From Centroscyllium fabricii (Eukaryota), in NCBI GenBank assembly GCA_051313645.2, contig JBNRSN020000005.1, positions 164,982,001 through 165,046,000 on the forward strand: a stretch of 64,000 bases of DNA, read 5' to 3'. Made by a program: the position numbers and the translations under genes. Every line of letters begins with the position of its first letter. Position 1 is the stretch's first letter. The notes beneath the pieces are model-generated. The model was not told the origin of the DNA. It saw nothing but the letters and a program-made list of their open reading frames with translations, and did not search any database. Shown piece by piece: positions 10,810 to 23,345 of this stretch.

Positions 10810-11614
10810 TGATGCACAATCAATTACTCCAGTCGATGGTGAGATGTAATCGAGGCTTTTATTCACATAGAACTGGACACAGGTCCGACGATCTTCCAAG
10901 CCAAAGTGAGAGCACTCAGGTGTGCTCTCACTTTTATACCCAGTGGGCGGAGCCTGGGGAGGAAGCCAAGGAGCAGAGTCCTCCCAGGTGAGTCCTCCCT
11001 GGCACGGAGACGTTATGTGCAGTTACAGGGAGGGGACACAAGGGGGAGACATATATACAGGTTGTGCACCGAAAATCCGTGTCCCGAATAACCGGCAGCT
11101 TCAGTCTGCCGGCACAAATTGCCCCGACTGCACTGCGCATGCGCAAAATGGCTGCCGCCATCGTGGCTTCAGCGAATGATCTGCGCATGCGCCGAGCGCA
11201 TGCGCAGATCATTCAAAACAGCTGCGGGTGTTTTGAATGATCTGCGCATGCGTCACCGGACGGTTAGCGCATGCGCAGATAATTCAATACGGCCGCCCGT
11301 TATTTTCTCGACAGCTGAGCCCCGTGACTGAGGCGGACAGTCACTAGGCAACAGCTGTCAGCCTGAGTCCCGCTCGGCGGCAGCAGCAACCCCAAAGGCG
11401 ATGGAGAGGGACGGCGGACCCGGGCCCGATCTGCGCATGCGCGCGCCAGCCAATCGCAATGTTGCGCGCATGCGCGCGGCCATTTTGACTGGTGTGCATG
11501 CGCAGTGTCCAAACTCGTTCTCCCGTTTTTTTCCATTTCCCGGCACGGGCCTGGTCCCGCCCGTGGCGGATTAATGGTGCACAACCTGTATACAACATAC
11601 AGTGGTTTACCACA
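10810..11614 (-). mobile_element. Solo LTR (TGTGGTAA...GCATCA lineage) with nested MITE
   Basis: TG...CA ends, GTGAATAAAAGCCT on minus strand, 5-bp TSD TAATG (10805-10809, 11615-11619). Confidence 0.85.
11058..11588. mobile_element. Tc1/mariner-type MITE rich in GCGCATGCGC palindromes
   Basis: TIR CAGGTTGTGCACC / GGTGCACAACCTG, TA on both sides; related end fragment at about 9740-9835. Confidence 0.85.
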
Positions 11615-11819
11615 TAATGCCAGTGGTATTTTTCAAGCTACTTCTGATTTCTTATCAAAATCAACACAAGCTCATAGCTGCAGCTACAATGAAAATATCA
11701 GAGCTTGTGAGGCACTGAGCCGCCACCCATCACTGCTCTGCTTAGGCGGAGTGAACAATGTGTGGCTTTGAATTTCGCTGTTTGCAAACATATTTTGTGG
11801 TGGGCAAATCAGTCACAAT

Positions 11820-12583
11820 GGCCCAGAAATTGCAGTCTGCGCATATCGGGTTTAAGCTCTGGTGCGAGCGCACCAGAGCTTAAACCCGCAGGAAGCAGCC
11901 AGAGCGCACGCTTCGGGTTTTCCTGTGCCGCCCAGCGGGGAGGTCGCTGCTTCCTGCGAGGTCCAGCGCAGGAAGCAGCGAACTACGGGATCACCCAGTC
12001 TTTCCGATATTTAAAAAAAGTTTTTCTATGGATCAAGAGCAGAAAATTCAATGCTGGAAAATAGGAGTCGTAAACACCCATTTTTATCTGGTAAGTGTGT
12101 ATTTTATTGATTTTAATTGTTGTTTTTTCAGGTTTTTAATTGTTGATAACTTTAAAGACAAGTAAGTATTTTTTTAGACCTGTTGGAAGTTGAAAAACTT
12201 TTTTTCAAATATTAATTTTTTCTTTAAAATAGGTTATTTGTGTTAGTTGGGGTAATGTTTAAAAAATGTGGTGTTTGTAAAATTTTATTTTTGTGTTTAG
12301 ATGTCTTTTGGGAATCTCTCTTTTCAAAACTCGCACAGATTTCTCTGTGGAAGTTTTGAACGGAGGATTGGTTCCACTGATTGGCTCCCTGCCAATCAGG
12401 TGGTCTCAAAAGCCATCTCGCACTAATTACACCCTTCAGATGCCCATGAAACTCGCACGGAGCTCTGACAGGCTGGGCTAACGGGAATTTCTCAGTGCAA
12501 AAAAGCAAAACTGAATATGGGCAATTAAAGTGCATTAAGCAGGTACTGCACCCGCACGAAGGCTCCACTGCAATTTCTGGGTC
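11820..12583. mobile_element. MITE, possibly Harbinger-type (copy 1)
   Basis: TIR GGCCCAGAAATTGCAGT / ACTGCAATTTCTGGGTC; highly similar full-length copy at 38513-39264; TSD not resolved. Confidence 0.8.
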
Positions 12584-13114
12584 ATTAGTGGGTTAGCGTG
12601 GATTATCATCTCGTTATGTTCTGAGGAGAGGCGTCAAGTGTTTTGCACGGCAACTCAGGACTTGCAGCTGACTGCGTGTCGTTCAGCATAATGTATGGGC
12701 ATTGCTCAGTCCAGCCCAGCTCTGCTGAATTCCAATATCAATGCTGGCGAGCACATGGGGAGGAGGGCTGTTATTCAGGGCTATTGGCATCATATCTCGA
12801 AGTAAATGGAAATGGATATTATGGGCACTGATGTTCCAGCAGATGCTAAGCGCTGTCTGATGATGTTCTGATACACATACCATTTGGCCATCTGATGAGC
12901 AGGCTTCTGGACCTCCTGTCATTACAAACTGGCAGCTCTTCCTGCTTCTGAGGCTGCAGGCATGCTCTGGAACACAGCCTAATCGGATAGCATTATGATT
13001 TCTTGCAAATTGCAGTCGCAAAGTTTCAGGATGGCTGGCTCTCCTTTGCCTATATTTCTGCAACAAGCAGGAGCTAATCGAGTATGATGTGAGGCTTACA
13101 ATAAACCGCAATGT

Positions 13115-13151
13115 CTTCTCTTAGGCAGTCCCTCGGATCCGAGGATGACTT
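13115..13151 (-). mobile_element. 37-bp extreme 5'-truncated RTE-type insertion
   Basis: Same 3' terminus as 7141-7180; flanked by a 14-bp TSD ATAAACCGCA(A/G)TGT at 13101-13114 and 13152-13165. Confidence 0.8.
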
Positions 13152-13249
13152 ATAAACCGCAGTGTAAAGTTCTGTTCACAGCACTGTCTGTCAGCCTTTG
13201 AGGAAATTACAAAGACAAGGCTACCAAGCACTTCCCTAGCTAAAATAAA

Positions 13250-13740
13250 GGTAAACCTCTCCAACTGTCTCTGCTCCTTTACGATGCTCCTTAAAACCTA
13301 TCTCGCTGACCAAGCTTTTGGTCAGCCATCCTAATAGCTCCTTAGTGTGGCTTGGTATCATTCACAGGATCTGGGCATCGCTGGCAAGCCAGCATTTATT
13401 GCCCATCCCTAATTGCCCTCGAGAAGGTAGTGGTGAGCCGCCCTCTTGAACCACTGCAGTCTGTGTGGTGAAGGTACTCCCACAGTGCTGTTAGGGAGGG
13501 AGTTCCAGGACTTTGACCCAGCGACGATGAAGGAACAGCGATATATTTCCAAGTCAGGACGTTGTGTGACATTGGAGGGAACTTGGAGGTGGTGGTGTTC
13601 CCATGCGCCTGCTGCCCTTGTCCTTCTAGGTGGTAGAGGTCGCGGGTTTGAGACTTGCTGTGAAAAAGCCGTGGTAAATTGCTGCCGTGCAGTTTTATTA
13701 TATTAAAGGCGCTATATTAATGCAATTTGTTGTTATATCA
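13250..13740 (+). mobile_element. L2 3' end interrupted by an antisense CR1-group LINE tail (about 13360-13690)
   Basis: L2 tail motifs (CTCCTTAAAACC..GACCAAGCTTTTGG; AAAGGCGCTATATTAATGCAA) on both sides of a reverse copy of the 6330-6650 sequence. Confidence 0.65.
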
Positions 13741-14514
13741 GTGCCACAGAGACTCTGTTGCAGCTTTACTGATACCGCCTGCAAAGCCCCCTGACAACCT
13801 TACAGTTCTTCCACAGATTCCCATACTGCTGTTGGGTAAACTTTGTAGCTGTCCCTAAAATCTGGAATTATTGTCACATCTAATTCTATAAATTTGTGCC
13901 CACAAAACAAACTTCCAAAATAAACCAAGGTGTTTGGTGCAGGTTTATTGATTCGCACATAGGTTGGGTGCAGGGTATGCACGTGCTCTTCAAGCTTCCA
14001 CCAGTTCCTCGCAGAACAAAGTGGCCTAAAACAAGACAACAGTGCATGGGAGGAGAGCCACACCACTACAGATCCTTGAGCCAATTTAAGGAGTTAAGGT
14101 GACAACTCTGCAAATATGGGATCACAGGCAATAGAGGGAGTAGGAGAGAGTGAAGCTGGAAGTCACCCCCGAGGTATCGGTGCACCTTTGCCAAAGTTGA
14201 ATTCCCCCACCCCGCCAAAGAAGTCAATTTCCATTTTTAGTCAAAGGGGATTCAGGGAGTTTTACCAATGATTTGGGATTCCCATTCGGCAATTCCATCC
14301 CTTCATAATGAGGCCCACTGGTTTACAGGAGTTGAATAAATCAAATTCCATTTTTATTGCATGAGGTTATTGAACTTTTACTGGGGTTTTGGGTCCACAT
14401 TTTGCGATTCCATCCATTTTTCTGTGACAATATCAAATCAGTGCAAATATTATGGCCAGATAATCATCAAAAAGGATGTAAAAAGGATTTATTGTCCAAT
14501 TAGGTTTCCAGATG

Positions 14515-15645
14515 TTATTTAAATGGAGAGAGACTACAGAATGTGGTAGTACAGAGGGATCTGGCTACCCTCGTACATGAAACACAAAAAGTTAGCGTGC
14601 GGGTACAGCAAGTAATCAGGAAGGCAAATGGGATGTTGGCCTTTATTGCAAAGGGGAATGGAGTGTAAAAGTAGGGAAGTCCTGCTACAACTGTACAGGG
14701 TGTTGGTGAGACCACACCTGGAGTACTGCATACAGTTTTGGTCTCATTATTTAAGGAGCGATATACTTGCATTGGAGACAGTTCATAGAAGGTTCACTAG
14801 GTTGATTCCTGGGATGAAGGGGTTGTCCTTTGAGGAAATGTTGAGCAGGTTGGGCCTATACTCATTGGAGTTTAGAAGAATGAGAGGTGATCTTATTGAA
14901 ACTATCATGAGCCATCCCCGAAGACAGGTGGCAGCAGACTGCATCACCTCTCAGAGAGACTTGTCACACACCTGAACCTCATTCAGGGACCTGTTGTCTA
15001 GAGTACTTAAACCCTGTCTCTCTAGCACTCAGTGCTTAGTCTTGAACTCATGGACACCCTACTGCTTGTTAGTACTTTTGGCTTATGTGCTATGTTTAGT
15101 TTGAGCATTGTCTCTCTGTTATTTTGCTTTATGTGTTCATGTACCGTGTAAGCAGTGGCTACTGAGCCTCTTCTTGTCTTCTTGAGTAAAGTCCGACTTA
15201 GAACACTTACCTGCCATGTGGTCTCTTCAAGTGGGTCCAGATATCCTGGGGAACCGTGTCAGAAACATATAAGATTCTGAGTGGGCTTGACAGGGTAGAT
15301 GCTGAGAGGATGTTTCCCCTCGTGGGGGAATCTAGAACTAGGGGGCATAGTTTCAGAATAAGGGGTCGCCCATTTAAAACAGAGATGAGGAGGAATTTCT
15401 TCTCTCAGATGGTCGTGAATCTTTGGAATTCTCTACCCCAGAGAGCAGTGGAGGTGGAGTCATTGAATATATTCAAGGTGGAGATAGACACATTTTTGAA
15501 CTACAGGGGAGTCAAGGGTTATGGAGAACAGGCAGAAAATTAGAGTTGAGGCCAAGATCAGATCAGCCATGATTTTGTTGAATGGCGGAGCAGGCTCGAG
15601 GGGCCAAATGGCCCACTCCTGCTCCTGTTTCTTATGTTCTTATGT
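14515..15645 (+). mobile_element. CR1 3' portion interrupted by a solo LTR
   Basis: LVRPHLEYCIQFW, RRMRGDLIET|ETYKIL..NLWNSLP and CR1 3' UTR; the frame rejoins after removing 14903-15266. Confidence 0.9.
14903..15261 (+). mobile_element. Solo LTR, 359 bp
   Basis: 5-bp TSD GAAAC (14898-14902, 15262-15266); ends TATCATG...CGTGTCA (mutated TG...CA); TACTTAA and AGTAAA candidate signals. Confidence 0.75.
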
Positions 15646-16649
15646 TGAAATTGCATTTTTAATACTGATGAGAAAAACCTAGTTCTTGCCTTCTCGTTCC
15701 TATAGTCTGCATGCAGCCAGATGGTATTCTAATTAGCCATGTTACTACATTACCAAGCCACATAAGATGATTCCCATCAGAAAGACTATAATAGATTATC
15801 AGATTGCATCGCCACCGTCAGGATCGCAAACTCCAGTAGAGATGATTTGAGTTAGGTTCCATTTTAATTAGCACTGAGTTCAAGATTGATCAGGCGCGGC
15901 ACCTCTGAGGGGCTTTTGCAGACATTCAAAGGACTTATTTCTGCCTGCCAGGAGTCCAGTGAGGGTGTCACACTCTCCTCTAATTTGGCCCACTGCCGTG
16001 TCCTTCTGGTTCTGTGCCCATGCAGGAGCCTGAGCAACCACCTCAGTGTGAATCGTAACGGTGCCAATGAGTGCAATACTTGCTAATCAAAGCTAACACG
16101 CCATCAGACAGAGGATATAGTCTACAAATTGTTTAGAAGTAAAGCTACAAGTTCAACGATAAACAGATTTAAGCCACAGCTGCTCATAATCATTCCTGCC
16201 TCTTTTTAAAAAAATTGATGAGTAGGCCAATCCTGTCGTGATATAAAACGCTGAAGAAATAAAGCTTATTTGCACAGCACTGATCTGTTTAATATAGGCC
16301 AGTGTAAGCTATTTCTTCTTCAAATCAATTTATATAATTGAACTTGCAAATGTAGGCAGCAGGTAGTGCTCATGTGAAATTCTCTCAAGCATTATTTTAA
16401 TGCAGACAATAACCTGTTTAAAGTAAACAGATTAGGGACATATGTTAAAAAGGTGCACAAAGGAATTTTAAGCGTGATCCCATTTTGTGGTGGAACTTGA
16501 AGCAACAGAAATGGCTATAGTTTTTACTGTTGTTGCTTTGTTTAAAGATGCATTCTAATTCACTGGTATAAAATAGTGCCAATTCTTATAGCACACAACA
16601 CAACAATGCAGCACTCGCTGATTTGGGTCCAGATGAAAAGTAGAACACA

Positions 16650-17150
16650 ATCAGAAACAGAAACAGAAGATTCTGGAAATATACATCAGGGTGAACATTT
16701 ATAAAAGAAAGAGGTTGACATTGCTGGTGAACAACCCAACCCCACTGCCCCCCACTCCCCAACCCACACCACCCCACCGCACCCCACTCGCCCACCGCAC
16801 TGCCCTCCAACTCCCCCTACCACACCCCAACCCCCCAATCCAACCCCAACTCCCCCACCCCGCCACCACCAACGCCCCCCACCCCCTCACTCCACCGCAC
16901 CCAACCCCCCACCCCACTACCCCCAATTCCCCCAAACCCCCCAACCCCAGCTTTCCCCCCACTCGCCAGCTCCCTGCTCAGCCCCAGTCAGATTCCCTGC
17001 TCTACCCCCCGCCCACCCCAGCGACCTCGCCTCCAGATTCCTCCCCACTATCCCACACCAACCTCCAGAACATTAAGCTATCTTACTCTGCAGGTATTGG
17101 CTGACCTGCTGTGTACATTTCCACCATTTTGTCTTTTTATTTCTGATTCA
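16650..17150. repeat. C-rich low-complexity tract (16735-17060) between degenerate inverted ends resembling shark Penelope-like elements
   Basis: AAACAGAAGATTCTGGAAAT..CATCAGG on the left and CTGACCTGCTG..ATTTCCACCATTTTGTCTTTTTATTTCTGATT on the right are loosely inverted; the family call is from recalled similarity only. Confidence 0.4.
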
Positions 17151-17418
17151 GTGGGGGCAATTTTCAACTTACTGCTGCACTGTAAAACTGGCTGGTTTTG
17201 GTCTCTGGTGGGAAGTTGTTGAAAATTACTCCCTGCTAACATGCCCACCCCTTCCCCAACATCATTAAACACCTAATGAAATACGCAGAAATCAAAAGCC
17301 CTTGATTTTTAATTTTTCAGAGAGGAAGTTTTTTTCCCACTAACGTCTATTCCTCATGTTTTAAAATTTCTGAACGAAGTTTTCCGTAAATGGCGTGAAC
17401 TTCCACAGAATACTATAC

Positions 17419-20400
17419 TGTAGCATAGCCACTAGGGGGAGACACTCTGGTCTCCCCAGGACGTTATAATCCCCATTCCAGAGTTGGTCCCGCCCCTGTT
17501 TCCCCATTGGGTGGTTGGATCAACAGTTCCGGTTCCTGATTGGTCCTGCGGGCTTGTCAGTCAAAAGCCCCATGCTGCTTTGCGGTTTCGCACCTTTTGT
17601 GAGTTAGTCGTGTATGGATTGAAACCAATAAAGACCTGTTAAAGCTTGCTCTGCGATCTTTCGACATTTGATTGATTTTAAAGAGTGGGGAATGGCCGTT
17701 CCCTACATTTGGTGGCCCCGAATGTCAGTCACAGAAGGTGCTGACCAGAATGCGAGCCCCGAGGCTGGGCAACGCGAAAAGCCATCGATCGTCAGCCTCC
17801 CCGCCCTTTGGGAGCACCAACCAGAGGCCCAGTTCCAGCTCAAACGCCTCGCCAATGATGCGGACTGCTACCTCCTCGTCGTTTTGGCTCTGCCCAGCCA
17901 CGTTGCCGTGGACATCGTGGACCTGCTACGGGACCCGCCACAAGTTAACAGGTATGCTGCTGTTAAGGAGCGACTGCTTCAGGCACACGACCTACCGGAG
18001 GATGTAAGGGCCCGGCAACTCCTTGAACTCTCGGGCCTAGGTGACTCCACATCTACACGCCTGATGAATCACATGCTAGCCCTCCTCGGGGACCACAAAG
18101 ACTGCCCATTATTTCGGGCGCTATTCATCAGCCTGCTCCCGCAGCCAGTGTAATCGGCTTTAGCAAGCGTTAAAGGCGGGCCTACGCCGAGTTGGCCATT
18201 GCAGCAGACCGCGTTTGCCTTTGCTCACCCGCTAACTGTGCAACCACGAGGCTCTCCGCCCCTACGCAGCGGGCATCGCCTCAACCCCAGCTGGGACTCT
18301 GTTATTACCACGCATGTTTCGGCCGAAGTCTCATCGCTGCCGACCACCTTGTTCATTCGACGACAAAGGGGTTGTGCCCAAACTCCACGCTTCGAACCTG
18401 CGCCGCCGCCAGGGCCCAGCCTCTGCTAACGCCATTGGCACAGTGGGAAAGCTGCTGTACGTCACAGACTCACTCTCCGGGCAAAGGTTCCTCTGCGACA
18501 CCGGGGCTCAATGCAGCATTCTACCAGCTACGCAGCTCGATCGACAGGCAGGCCGCAGTGGTACACCCCTCGTGGCGGCCATTGGCGCAGCCATAGCCAC
18601 TTTTGGAAAACGGCGGTCTGAGATTTGCCTGGGAGGCCAACGGTTTACCTGGGATTTCGTTACAGCCACGGTGGAACATCCATTGTTTGGCGCGGATTTC
18701 CTATGTGCCCATGGCCTGCTCGTGGACGTCTGGGGCAATGCCTCATGGATGCGTCTATCTTTGCCTCTCTGCCCTGCCAGCGGAGCGATAGCCAACCCCT
18801 CATGGGCTCCTGCTCTTCTCCTCTCCGCGACAAATATGCGCGCTTACTGGCCAATTTCCCAGCCATTACACAGCCAACCTTTTCAGATGTGGCGGCCAAA
18901 CATGGCGTCCAGCATCACATCGCCACTACTAGCCCACCAGGTTTCGCTCGAGCCAGGCGCCTCGACCCCACAAAAATGGCGGTGGCCAAGGAAGAATTCT
19001 CTGCCATGGAGAAGTTGGGGATCATTCGCCCTTCCAACAGTCCTTCGTCATCCCCGCTCCACATCGTTCCCAAGCCCGGCGGCAGCTGGCAACTGTGTGG
19101 TGACTACAGGCGCCTCAATGACGCCACCATGCCGGACAGATACCCGGTGCCACATATTCAGGATTTTTCGGCACATCTGGCGGGTAAAACAATTTTCTCA
19201 AAAGTCGACCTCATCCGAGGATATCACCAGGTCCCAGTCCATCTGGACGACATCCAAAAGACGGCGGTTATTACCCCTTTTGGACTCTTTGAATTTCTCC
19301 ATATGCATTTTGGGTTAAAGAATGCGGCACAGGTTTTCCAATGGCTGATGGACTCTGTCCTTCGGGACTTGGACTTTTGATTTGTATATCTCGATGACAT
19401 TTTGGTTGCTAGCGTGGATGAATCTCAACATGTTGTGCATTTGCGTTCCCTTTTTCAGAGATTGACCCACCATGGCCTAATTGTAAACCCGGTTAAATGC
19501 CAATTCGGCCTTACTGAAATTGATTTTTTCGGTCATCACATCTCCCCGGCGGGAGACATCCCTTTACCCTCTAAGGTCCAAGCGGTCACAGATTTTCCCC
19601 AGCCCAGCTCGGTTAAGTCGCTCCAGGAATTTCTGGGAATGATACATTTTTATCACCGGTTCCTCCCCAATGCTGCCTCCATCATGCGCTCCCTGTACGA
19701 GGCCAGTAGGGGCAGGACCGGCAAGGCAAGGATAGTCTTCTTTGGTCAGCTAATATGGCTGAGGCATTTCGCCTCGCAAAGTCGGCCCTGGCCGAAGCCA
19801 CCCTTTTGACCCACGCCATCCGGGGCGCCCCGCTGTCACTCACGATGGACGTCTCGGATCATGCCATTGGCGCCGTTCAGCAACAATGGGTTGACGGTGC
19901 CTGGCAGCCCCTTGCATTTTTTAGTCGCCAACTGCGGAAAAATGAGCTCTCGTATAGCACGTTCGATCGGGAACTGCTAGCTCTTTTTCTTGCAGTGCGG
20001 CATTTTTGTTTTCTCTTGGAGGGCCGTCCGTTCACTGCCTACGTGGACCATAAGCCCCTCATTTTTGCTATGTCCAAAGTCACGGAGCCCTGGTCAGGTC
20101 GCCAAAAGCGGCACCTGAATTTCATTTCAGAATTTACTACGGATATCCGCCACGTGTCCGGTAAGGATAATGTCGTTGCCGACTTTCTCTCCCATCCGTC
20201 CCTCCATGCGGTCCACGTTGGTGTCGATTACACAGAAATGGCGCACGCCCAGCGGGCGGACGCTGAGCTGCAGGCTCTTCGTTCGGCGTCCACCAGCCTG
20301 ACCCTAGCGGACATCCATTTTCATGCAGCCGGCACGACTCTTTTGTGTGACGTTTCCGTTTCCACCCCCAGGCCCTTAGTGCCCACCTCCTGGTGCAGGC

Positions 20401-21964
20401 GCATTTTTGGTTTGGTCCATGGGCTCTCACACCCGGGCATGCGGGCTTCTCAGAAACTTATGTCAGCCAAATTTGTTTGGCTGGGCCTGCACAAGGATGT
20501 GCAGGACTGGACTAACAGCTGTCATGACTGCCAACGCGCTAAAGTCCATCAGCATACTAAGGCTCCCCTGCAAAATCTTCCGCTGCCCGAGCGGCGGTTT
20601 GACCATGTCCACGTTGATTTGGTTGGCCCCTTGCTCCCATCACAGGGATTCACCCATCTCCTTACCATCGTCGACCATACCACTAGGTGGCCGGAGGTTG
20701 TACCCCTTTCTTCCACCACTACGGCCGACGTGGCACGCGCCTTTATTTTTTTCATGGGTGGCCCGGTTTGGGGTTTCGTCAGACATGACTTCCAACAGGG
20801 GCCCACAGTTCACCTCCCAGCTGTGGAGCGCAATCGCCACTGCTCTGGGGATGCAGTTGCACCGCACGACTGCTTATCATCCACAGGCAAACGGTATTTG
20901 CGAACGTTTCCATCGCGCCCTCAAGGCCTCACTTCGTGCCAGCCTAGTCAACGCCAATTGGTTGGACAGGCTCCCTTGGGTCCTGCTGGGGTTGCGCTCC
21001 GCACCTTAGGACAACCTCGGCGTGTCTTCCGCCGAACTCGTTTTTGGACAACCTTTGCGCATTCCAGGAGAGTTCCTCCCCTCCATCACTGATAATTGGT
21101 CAGCCGGTGAGCAGCTCGCCTGGCACAATGATGCCGCACATCTTTTCCTTCCAGTGCCCACCTCTTGGCATGGTGCCCGGTCGTCCCACATACCCACCGA
21201 GCTCCGCTGGGCATGATTTGTTTTTGTACATCGCGATGCCCATAGGACTCCTTTACAGGCGCCATATACTGGCCCTTTTAGGGTGCTGGAGGCTGGCGAC
21301 AAGGCTTTCCTCCTCGCGGTTGGAGGCCGACAGGACCTCATTTCCATCGACCAGCTTAAACTGGCCCATTTGGACCCAGCCTCGCCTGAACAGTTTACCC
21401 GGGCCCCGCGCCAAGAGCGTTTCTCTGCCCCGAGCGTGCCCCCAGCGGGTCCCGTGCTGGTTCCACTCCCGGATACAGCTCCAGCTCCTGCTCCACCTCT
21501 GGGTTTCTCTCCAGTCTCGCCTCCCACTCCTGCGGCGCAGCCGCCCTCCAGTCCTGTTCGCGGATCCCCGGTATCTTCCCCTGCACCTGCGGCCTATCAC
21601 ACACATTGCGGCCACCTCATCATGCCTCCTCGGAGGTTGACTTATCATGTTCATGAGGATTCTGGGGGGGGCGTGTGTAGCATAGCCACTAGGGGGAGAC
21701 ACTCTGGTCTCCCCAGGACATTATAATCCCCATTCCAGAGTTGGTCCCACCCCCTGTTTCCCCATTGGGTGGTTGGATCAACAGTTCCAGTTCCTGATTG
21801 GTCCTGTGGGCTGTCAGTCAAAAGCCCTTTGATGCTTTGCGGTTTCGCACCTTTTGTGAGTTAGTCGTGTTTAGATTGAAACCAATAAAGACCTGTTAAA
21901 GCTTGCTCCGCGATCTTTCGACATTTTATTGATTTTAAAGAGTGGGGAATGGCCGTTGCCTACA
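17419..21964 (+). mobile_element. Full-length Ty3/Gypsy LTR retrotransposon, CsRn1 clade, inactivated
   Basis: 289-bp LTRs 17419-17707 and 21676-21964 (about 95% identical by eye), 4-bp TSD ATAC, PBS TGGTGGCCCCGA (tRNA-Trp-like), G-run PPT, PR-RT-RH-IN order. Confidence 0.95.
17722..21640 (+). pseudogene. gag-pol: gag-pol polyprotein with stops and frameshifts
   Basis: Gag LPALW, CYYH..C.PPC (CHCC), protease FLCDTGA, RT DYRRLN..YLDD, RNase H YSTFDRELLA/DHKPL, integrase HHCC and HVDLVGP..YHPQANG..ER, GPY/F tail. Confidence 0.9.
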
Positions 21965-22924
21965 ATACTGATAATGGTTCGCACTCTATTATCATATAAT
22001 GTTACTATGTGGATTAACTGCTTCTGTTCAATGGCACACTCAATTCCTACAAAAAGAGACAAAGCTTTCGAGTTTCAAGCACAAAGGGTCATTCACAGGA
22101 GACAGCACTGACACAAATATTGGTTCAGATGCGACATCCAACCGTAGTGCAAAGAAACTTTGCAATTAAATTTCAAACACATATCCAAAAGAAGAAGCAA
22201 CTCATATAATGGAGCTCAAGGTTGGCAGTGATGAGAAATCCGGCCGAGTTATATAACATCGAACAACCGAAAAGCAACTGCACCTGCGTAAACCCGTTGG
22301 CAAAACAGAAAACAATGCCCGCAGCCTCCAGTGGAATTCCTTAAATTGCCACCAAGGAGCTCCCTTCGGTGGGTTTCTGAGGCTGGACTGTGTAACAAAA
22401 CAAAATTGATTTCATTTTGTTTAAATGTCAATAATAATCAGAGGGAAATCATTAAGAATAAGAACTGTGGGGACAAATGAAATCAATCTGCGAACATCAA
22501 CAAAAGTCTCTCAAATCTCCGTTCCTCCTTAATATATATCCTTCTGTGCGAGTCATACCCACAATTTTCCAGGGTTGGTTCATTGGGAAACTGGTGTATC
22601 ACTGACTTCCCCATCATATAACCAATGCAATGGTTAGTGCCAACCATTCCTTTCTTGTTCAAATGTTGTTTCTGTACCAGACCAACTGGCTCCACAAGTT
22701 TCAGTGCAGCAAATCCAAATGCCAAACCATATCTGCTCTTCATTATTAAAAACAACCATTCATTCATTCTTTTTTGTCTGAATTTTATCCTCACCAAGTT
22801 GAGGCATTAAACGACAATTCAACAAAACACTGAAGAGTAATTTCCAGAACTGTGTCGCCCCACAGTCACCTGTCTGCAGTTTTACTTTGCTTGCTCTAAG
22901 AACCTAGTTGATGGCAGCCCTCAC

Positions 22925-23105
22925 GATTAGGGGGCATAATTTCAGGGTAAGGGGCAGGAGGTATCATGGGGATGTGAGGAAGAACTGTTTCACCCAGAGG
23001 GTGGTTGGAGTCTGGAACTCACTGCCTGATAGGATGGTAGAGGCAGGAACCCTCACAACATTCAAGAAGCATTTGGATGAACACTTGAAATACCACAGCA
23101 TACAG
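22925..23105 (+). mobile_element. CR1 3' fragment
   Basis: RGHNFRVRG..FTQRVVGVWNSLP..TFKKHLD. Confidence 0.8.
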
Positions 23106-23125
23106 CATACTTGAAATACCACAGC

Positions 23126-23345
23126 TGCACCCAGGTTCTCCGATGACTCCCACCATATGCTTATGGAGGAAGTCAAAGCATGCAGGAAGGCTCTCTTCCC
23201 TTCCCATGGGTGGAAGAAACCTTCCCATGAGACCAAGACAGCCTGGTTGCAGATTCCACAGGAGGACACAAGCAGGGATGTCATCAGGAGGGCCAGGCTG
23301 CAGTGCCACAAACGTTTCAATGATCTCAGTAGATCAGGAAATGTT
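23126..23345 (+). pseudogene. Harbinger-associated Myb/SANT (trihelix-like) DNA-binding protein exon
   Basis: APRFSDDS..LMEEVK..LF..AWLQI..QCHKRFNDL matches the Harbinger Myb/SANT pattern; followed by a GTTAGT donor-like site and pyrimidine-rich sequence. Confidence 0.7.

Noticed and set aside
15864-16076. 70-aa minus-strand ORF as a terminal exon
   Set aside because: No recognised homology and a weak acceptor; cannot be excluded without a search
16691-17104. Proline-rich 137-aa ORF
   Set aside because: Translation of a C-rich low-complexity tract
22249-22810. Short ORFs in apparently unique sequence
   Set aside because: No motifs or exon structure recognised
23126-23345. Host NAIF1/MSANTD gene
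   Set aside because: No start codon context, embedded in TE fragments; better explained as a Harbinger remnant
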